Under the pieces are notes generated by a model, which saw only the letters and a list, made by a program, of their open reading frames with translations, was not told where the DNA came from and made no database searches. A DNA stretch of 60,476 nucleotides, filler included, from Sphacelaria rigidula (lineage: Eukaryota): NCBI GenBank assembly GCA_964200075.2. It is 7 parts of 7 records of this genome, joined end to end, with 100 filler letters (N's around TTAATTAATTAA, not from the genome) between each part and the next. Parts side by side here need not be neighbours in the genome. Positions count along the whole stretch, not along the records: positions 51,924 to 60,476 come from CAXNAA020010804.1; 6 more parts are not named here. One strand, given 5' to 3'. Position 1 is the first letter of the stretch, and every line of letters starts with the position of its first letter. Below, piece after piece: positions 52,261 to 60,476 of the stretch. A program made the position numbers and the translations under genes.

Positions 52261-53882
52261 TTGCTACAGAGTTTTTTGTTGGAGGGGGGGGGGTTGCTTT
52301 TCCTTGGTGCGACTGTTTCGCACCATTACTGAAAATTAAGTATGCCATTCGAACCTTATTTTTGTGTTAGACCCCATTTTCGAGGATCGATTGTTAACCC
52401 CATTTTCCAAGATCATCTATCCGTATGGCGATGTCCATGCACCTTGCGCGTGATAGTCACCCTGCTGGGAATCCCTGGTCCGTACTACCCGCCGATGAGT
52501 CAGTGCTAGCTCACTACGCGGAGTGCTGCCATATATAAAGCTGTGCGTGTCTCTCTTTGCGAACTGTGCACGTCGGGTGTGTGTTTCACGCGGGCCTGCT
52601 GATGATGATAGGAAGCCAGTTGTGCACCCCACGAGGAGCCAAACAGCCCACTCGTGACAACCATTTTAGGTCTCTTTCGCATTCTCATCGCAATGCTGCT
52701 CCGCTCTCACGTTTTTTCCTCCCAGATTACGAGAGTCGCCTCGGAACAGCTTCACCCGCTGACTGTCCGGGGACATCCGGGGACATCCGGAGGTTTCCAG
52801 GGGGCGGGGGAGGGAGGGTGACAGGGGGTGGGGGCCTGTTCGCAGAACAGAAAAACAGCCCACCAAGTCAATCACGTGTGTTCAAAAGTTTTCCGCGGAA
52901 AAATCTGTGCGAGGAACGACGCCCGAGAGGAGCGGAGTGGCCATTTTGATAGCTATGATTGGTCAGAATGATCCACACTTTCGAGCCCATGCTTCATCAT
53001 GTCATCGTGGTTTCGCATAGTCGGGTTTGGGCTTGCTTTGGTTTGTTTGTTTTGCATAGGATTCCCCTGACTGAGGGCGCTTGAAGAGGAAGAAATTCCC
53101 AAGGTTGTGTTGTGTAGGGTATGGGTATGCTCGATACGGCATGGAATTTTTCACGGAACTTAGAGAGTTGTCGGGTAACGGTATGGTAGTCTTAAGAGAA
53201 CCCACAAAAGAAGCTGTTGGGTACGGTATGCAACCGGGGATTTCCACAGTAGTAGCGGTATACCCGTGCGCCGGGTAAGGGTGAGCATTCCGTGCAGATC
53301 TCACAGAAATGTCGGGTACCGGTGCGGTGCAGGCATACACAGAACTCATGGAACTGTCGAGTGCGGGCAATAAATACTCCGTGTGAAAAAAAGAAAACGT
53401 GCAGTACGGTACACAACATCACCATGCGTACGAACAGTACCGTAGTGTACCGCCCGAGAGCGGAAGCTTATATTTTCTATACACTCGACCTCTGGTCAAT
53501 CTTTGTACTCTCGTATGTATGGTAGGTGGAGCGATTCCCGGGGCGCCCACACACATACCTGTTCGAAATTGATTATTGTATCCATTCGACGTCAGCACAC
53601 TTCGTGGTCAACGGGATGGTCATTTTAGGATGCACGATTGGTAGATGGACAACCGGGGCTTGCGTTCGTTTCTCGGGTGAAAATGATGCCAATGGATGAC
53701 ACACCTCTGGGCCCTCAGAGAGTTCGAAGCACCAACGACCAAAACTCAGACGCCTATTTTCAGGAATTTTCCCGAGAAAAGTTCCTGACCTTTGCAGGGT
53801 TGTTTGAGCCAGGACAAAGAAATGAACTGTGGAGATTTTGGGATCGATCAACCTACCACTGGATCATATTAGTCGTAGATTA

Positions 53883-54030
53883 AAACCATCACACATAACA
53901 AACGCGTACGTGTAGTATGGTATTCCATACACTTAGAAAGACAAAAATATTTTGATTGAAACCATCACACAAAATAAACGCGTACGTGTAGTATGGTATT
54001 ATTCCATACACTTAGAAAGACAAAAATATT
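53883..54030. repeat. Tandem duplication, ~76 bp x2
   Basis: aaaccatcacaca...acgcgtacgtgtagtatggtatt...cttagaaagacaaaaatatt occurs twice. Confidence 0.85.
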
Positions 54031-55189
54031 ATTCACTACAGTTGTACACCGGAAGAGGGGTGGAAATGACAACCAGAAAAATGCCGAATCAATAAGAACA
54101 ATCATCAAATACGTTCAGCGTCTGTCGCGACTTCTGAACCTACTACCACCATGCTATCACGACCTTTGGACAGGCCTTCTTCACACATGGACGTTGGGCT
54201 GCATCGCGGTAACAAGCCGAAACCCATTCACCACCCTTCAATTGCATGCATACACACACAAATAAGCAAACAAATTAACAAATTAACAAATGAACAAACA
54301 AACACAGACACACATACGCATATACCAGACGAGTTACCACTGCACCTCCATCACTCACTTTCCCCTTTATTTTCCACAGATAAAATCACGACGAAATGGC
54401 GTTGTTGAAAATGTTGTGACCGAAACACCGGAGAACTGAAGCGAAAACCCACCCGCAAGAGATTACGGAACACACACCGGACACAACAACCACACCATCA
54501 CCCGAGAACACACATCGAACGACACATAAACTCACAAATCACATCAAAACAAACATCGAACACAGCAACACATAATCACACAGGGGTACACATCAAACAC
54601 ACGAAGAACAGAATGACACAGGAAGACACCAGGAGTAGGCGATACCAAGATATTATCAGAAACTACAGTGTAAACACACCCCACGTTCGAACCTGTTGGC
54701 TTCTGTAAGGAGTGCCAGCGATTCACGCACAAATTGTCGATATATGTACGCTGAGCACGACTTATGTTCCCCCAAAACCGCCTCTATGTAAACCCAAACT
54801 TCCATTGGAGCACTTAACCGAACTCGTGATGCTGGGGTCACCTACACTCACGGACTTGAGTGACCAAGCTGCCAACACACCTGGGAGTATATAAGCCCCC
54901 CTCCCTCCCTCAAATAGACACACTGAAAACGAGGACAAATGAATTCATAGCGCCGCAATCATATTACACCCCCTAGACATCACTACGCGTGCCCGAGACC
55001 TACTTTTTATATACCAAAGAGTCGCGGCGCACATCAAACCAGAGCGTATTCACTAGAGGTGTACTACTACAGCCAGGGTGAACACAGTGAACACAGGAGC
55101 TACCGAATCGTGCTTTGCTCTCCTAACAAACACAAAACAATGAAAGCCTCCCTTATATTCTTGTCCATGCTGCTTAATTTTCTGTTCCC

Positions 55190-58100
55190 TCAGACCTTGA
55201 CGAAGCATGGCGGCTCGCGCATCAGCTCATCGTCGTCCGCCATTACTTCGCATATATTTCCGGCCTGTCATACAAACAAGAGCAAAAAATGGGAGGGGGG
55301 GGGAGAACAAATGAACGAAGAGTATATTATCAAGAGCCCCCCAAAAAAGACGCCAAAACCAGCAATAAGTAAGCCACACCACCAGTTGCCATGCAGTCTG
55401 CTATGCGTGCATGCCCGATGTAAGTGAGATCATGGATGTACGACGATGCTTGCGAGCAGGTTGACGCGGTGACTGAACGCGACAGGTTTCTTCATATCAC
55501 TTTTATTCGCGCATTCTCTAGATGTTTAGTTGAATTCCTATCTAGCTTCGGTCGGGTCATGTTTCACATCACTTTCATAGCCGAAGCGATAGCCGAACCG
55601 ACATCATGACCGCGAGGTGACCTTTGTTCTTGCGCGGACGCCTCTTCCGCAAGCACGAAAACAAAACAGGGCACATCATGAAACTCCGGTCCGGTTGCTC
55701 ATCGGTATTTTCGTTCAACAACCGTCACTCCCTAGGGCACGACATCGGCACCTACACATACATATAGACGCCGATAGGCGTCCCCGTCCGATCCATGTGT
55801 GTGTGTATATATATATATATACATACATACGTGTGAGTATGTAGATCTTTAACTGCTCAAAGAAAAGCAACTCAATCGCAAAATGCTTGTCTGGGTGGCA
55901 GAATTTTGAACTTTCAAAAATACATCAGGACCACAAACTGCTGCATAACATAGGAAATACATTACCCATGCACGCACCATTCTCCGATAGGGGCAGCTTG
56001 ATAACTATACACAAAGTACGTAGGGGGCGTTCCTCTCTCCCCTCCCCAATCCCCCTGTTCGTTTTCGTCTCGCAGCCAGAGGCCCATCAACGACGGCGTA
56101 TATTCTAGGAACTTTCTCCAGCCTCAAGCATTTGTCTCGAGGTGGCCATTTTCGGGTAACAGTACCCCCCCATTACCGCGGGATGACTCTACAGCTCAAG
56201 TGTGTCCATGACGTACCTCAATGACGCAGACTTCAGACTCCACGCTGGAGAACCCGCAGTTTTCAAACACAATTCCCAAGCTGTCCCTCGATATCGTTAT
56301 CACGGGGTCTGGAAGATAACATAACCATCCACACGGGGGCGGGAAACGCGCAGCAGGGAGAAAAATGTGGCGATTAGATAGAGTTGTGGTGGGGATATAT
56401 ATAACAGTAGTTCCGACCGCTGTAATATCCTGTATTCCGTACGGCAGAAACAGCAGACACGACAGCAGAAATTACAATAATACCAGCACCACAAGTGACC
56501 AGTTGACGCCCTGCAAGTGGGATCTGCAGCCTGCCGGTGTAGACTTCACAAGCAATTCCGTTCATCTGCACTGACTCCGTAAATCGGCAGCAGCACTCTA
56601 AACGGGCCAGGTGTGAGTGACAGCAGCAAATGGCAAGCAGCAATAGCAAAAACATGTACAATACGCCAACCACAACCACCGTCGCCCGCCGCGGCCACCA
56701 AACACCGCAGAAGAGGCAACCATACGATACGCGTACACTACCAAGGCAAAATAAATACAAGACAACTCGACTCGCACGCGAAAAAGATAAGCCCGCGCGA
56801 GGCGTGGCACCATAGCTCACCGTTACTGGAGGTGACCTTCATGTCCTGGAACGTGACGAGGCTGGAGCTCTCGATGATGATTTCGATCGGCTGCTGACCG
56901 TCAAGGCTACCCACGTTCCCTTCTCCCTCGGGGAATGGTTGGTCATCTTCGCTGGTGATGGTAGCTTCGAAAGTGAAGTTGGTGGATCCAATGATGTGAA
57001 TGCCCGCTACGCCGTTGTCGTACATCTAGAGCGAGGTCCGTTTCAAATACGGGTTGATTTTCGAGAGGCAAGCGGGAAGAGGGCCAGGATGGGATCCGGG
57101 GGAAGGCGGGGAAGATATAGCGATCATGAAAAGCACCGTGTCGACTGGATGGGACAGGAAAAGCGAATCGACCACAATGCGCGGAAGCAAGCGTCGTTCG
57201 TGTTCACCGTTCACGAGTCGTACCCGGTATCGTTTCATGACCGTATCAATAAGCATAATCAACATGACCACCGCTTGCCCGCCCCTGCTCAGACTCGGAG
57301 GTCCACACCCAAAGCTTTGCAGAGTGGACCAGGGGACTTTTCGATGCACGGAGGATAAGAGGGAATAAATGCAAATGCCCGTTTGATTTGCTCCATAGGG
57401 CAGGCACACGGAGAATATTTCAGTATAGATTGCAGCAGTCCGAAAGACTACTGCAAAGTGCATTCTTCACTCACTGTGTGCCGGCGGACCCAGACGTTTT
57501 CACAATTGTCCACGAGAAGCCCGGTGCCACGGCTGATACCAATTGTCCATGGTCGGAATTCGCTGAAGCACGGGGGTATCGCAATAAGACCGCGCAAAAA
57601 AAGACAATTGCAACGATAGCGACTGCGTTAGCTCTTGGTGCGGCCATGGGGGAGGGGGCACGGAGGGGTTAATGAGTGGGAAAAGGAGGAGAAAAAAGGG
57701 GGGGGGAAGCGGGGCGCGGTCTTGCACCATCGTACAACTTGCATCTGGGATATGAACGTTATGGATATCACTTTAGGGATGGATACAGTATCCATCTGGA
57801 GTATATCCATCTGAGATACCCCCGTCCACGTGGGATATATGTCTGTGATATTCCGCCTTAGAAATAGCGGCTCGACTTAGGCGTCCCAGGAGGATATGCA
57901 TATCACAGGTGAGCGTCCATCTGGGGCATCCCTGGTTCAGATGAGCATGCCAGACATGTTCCAGATGGGGGTTGCACTGCAATGCAGGCTTCGTCATCTC
58001 TTGTGGATGATGACTACCTGGGTTCAGACCACCACGTTCCGCGCATGTACGTACGCCACGATAATCACAATGTTTGAGCCATGGTGGATGATGACATGTT

Positions 58101-58888
58101 GTGGCGCGATGACGGGGGAGTGCAAACTGTAGGATTTGTGGCATTGCCTGCATACGCGTACGCGTATCATGACCCGTTCGTGTTTCTACTCTTGGCCCAG
58201 CCCCTATAATAGTGTGTCTCATCCTTTGAACTAGGATCGTTTTCGATTGATAGATGACAATCAGCCCTAGTCGTCGATCTGCTCGCACTCAAATGACTTT
58301 TCCGATCAACCCGTGCTCCGAAGGTAAGGTAATAACCCCCCCCCCCCTGAAACATGGATGCTCTGCTACCGCTAGTATGCGCTCACTCGTCGAATTCCCC
58401 GGCGTCGATGTTGACATTGGTGGACTCCCGCACTACCATTGCATCGCCGTCGCAGTACCGGATCTCGGTGTCCCGACACGTCACGTCCTGTGCCAAATAT
58501 CGATGGACATTTGATCATTCCTCAATGACAAGAAAAATATATATGACGAGAAAAAATACATAACAGCTATTTACATATTGCAAGCACGAATAGAAAAAAT
58601 AAGCGTGAGACAAGCGCCTGAGTACAAGGGTTTGAAGAAAAAAAAGCCATAAGTGCGGTAGGGAGAAAGAAGCAAATAGGGTTCTCCAAACGTTCGACAA
58701 TCAATGCTACGATTTACTGCAGACTACAAACCGCAGCTACGACAGGGTCGTTTTACATACCTGAGAGTTGGTGATCGAGAGACACGTGGACCCTAAGCCA
58801 GGAACGGCCTCGAAGGCGTTGCTGGTGTCGGGGTCGTACTGTCCGCGGATCCAGAGGTCATCAATCTGAAACGTTTGTCATCGAACGA

Positions 58889-58925
<37 letters not shown>

Positions 58926-59157
58926 GGAGGGACAAAGAGAGGAGGGAGGGATGGAATNNNNNNNNNNGAGCACAGTCCGGAGGGGCCCGTTGGCGCAGCT
59001 ATCCGGGATCAGGACGCGATGGGGGGTCGCATGGGGTGGACTACGCCGGAAAAGCGCAACAAAGTAGGAACGAATTGCACACCTGATTAATCAGATCTTC
59101 AGTTGTTCTACCGAATACATATTTCGGTTCTTTGAAAAAAATGTGACCCCCATCTTT

Positions 59158-59206
<49 letters not shown>

Positions 59207-59921
59207 CCTCTCTCTGCATGAGTAGCCGAGTGGGAAATTATTCTCATCCTGTATATGATGTGGCCGAGAAACTCAACAATGCACGATGACTACGTGCGGC
59301 GGACAGGAAATCAAAGAGGAGGAGGAGGGACACATAAAGGCTTTGCTGTAGACAACAGAACTCACCACCGCATTGGATATCCCGTCCATCACCACAATCG
59401 CGGGGATGTCGGTGTTTCCTGCAGCCCCTTGCTCCAGTAGGATGTCCGTGGTGAAAGGTCCGTCATCGTCACTATACCTACAATATTCGGAACAGGAATA
59501 TGGCATGATCGAGAGAGAGGGGGGCGTCTTCCGCAGGTGAACTTCGGCATGGTCAAGGGCGTCGCAGTGCTCAGCGTACATCCAGAAAGTAGATACTAGT
59601 AGTAGTGCACTTGGTCGCACGTTCTGTGTGCACAGCTCTCTGACATATTCCAGTTCGCAGCCTGGAGTGGTCGCCAAAGGGTCCATCTCAAAAGGACGGA
59701 AGAATGGCCAATAAAAAATTATACAGAATGGCTACGAAATGAAAGGGAAAATAACCACAACCATTATACTTTTTCGTTTTTTATCACAAGCAAGATGACG
59801 CTTATGAAAAAACCACAACAAGATATTACGCCGTTCACTGTGTAGTAGTGATGGTGGTTCAGACTACATAGTGTATTCATTTCAGGCCTGCACTGGCGAA
59901 CAACGGTAAATATACACACAG

Positions 59922-59952
<31 letters not shown>

Positions 59953-60169
59953 GACAACGACAACGACAACGACAAACAGCAAAAACAAGAGTGAACGCAG
60001 TAGTTGCATTTTTTGTGATCGCCCATGCCCCTTCCCTATCGTTGTATTCGTAGCAAATACATGTATATGACTTTTATGATGTTCATGAAGCTCGCCTGCC
60101 ATTGAGAAAGACGCCCGATTTCATGAAGATGTTGCCGTCGACGAAGAAGGATCCCATCGGCAGATGGAC
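55190..60169 (-). CDS. Acidic right-handed parallel beta-helix (pectin-lyase-fold) protein, 3' part (8 exons, stop included)
   Basis: Exons 60169-60096, 59477-59366, 58865-58761, 58487-58387, 57562-57475, 57025-56821, 56308-56217 and 55264-55190 splice with consistent phases. The product is VHLPMGSFFVDGNIFMKSGVFLNGRYSDDDG...IDDLWIRG...TCLSITNSQDVTCRDTEIRYCDGDAMVVRESTNVNID...GLLVDNCENVWVRRHTMYDNGVAGIHIIGSTNFTFE...IVFENCGFS...PPCFVKV*. It has the N-terminal VxLPxGxF motif and repeated beta-helix coils. Confidence 0.85.
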
Positions 60170-60385
60170 CTAGACGACGTATTTTAGCGTGCACACGACG
60201 CCCGACGGTATGCGACACAAGGAAAGAAAAGAAAAAAAACGCACAGAGTAACGAGAACGACACGATACCAGAGTGATTATTGAGCACATCCTGGGGAAAA
60301 GGGTCATTATCCGGAGAATCCCGTTTGGGGGGGGGGCGGAGGGGGCGTGGGCAGGCGGGATATACAGTACACACATTAAGCGATG

Positions 60386-60435
<50 letters not shown>

Positions 60436-60476
60436 AAAAAAAAAAAAAAACAAAAAAACAACAAAAAAAACAAAAA

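Noticed and set aside
55190..60169. Calling the beta-helix gene a mannuronan C5-epimerase
   Set aside because: The fold is compatible, but the diagnostic DPH catalytic motif is absent from the recovered exons.

Overview
This is eukaryotic, intron-rich, repeat-rich DNA that looks like brown-algal (stramenopile) nuclear sequence; the taxon is inferred from gene structure and from a bipartite-type leader with RGG motifs. It is NOT one locus. Six identical 100-bp N44-TTAATTAATTAA-N44 linkers join seven unordered contigs of 8553-8554 bp, so nothing can be inferred across linkers. Spliced gene fragments rebuilt by hand with phase-consistent splice sites: the 5' part of mitochondrial citrate synthase, head-to-head with the 5' part of a plastid-type ATP/ADP nucleotide transporter (NTT/TLC family); a TTC39/IML2-like TPR gene; an 8-exon acidic right-handed beta-helix (pectin-lyase-fold) gene with a GC-AG intron; and probable exons of an ABHD/YheT-type hydrolase. 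The rest is transposon-derived: a tRNA-headed SINE family, ~250-bp MITEs with 4-bp TSDs, piggyBac- and hAT-type MITEs, a solo LTR, a 2.4-kb foldback whose two arms each carry a different insertion, a ~440-bp hairpin behind a tRNA-like head, ~42-bp palindromic tandem arrays, and a decayed possibly Sola-like transposase. Most ORFs in the supplied track are spurious. I cannot establish a clearly novel biological system here. The best leads are the beta-helix gene, the long hairpins, and the 4-bp-TSD MITE/Sola-like set.
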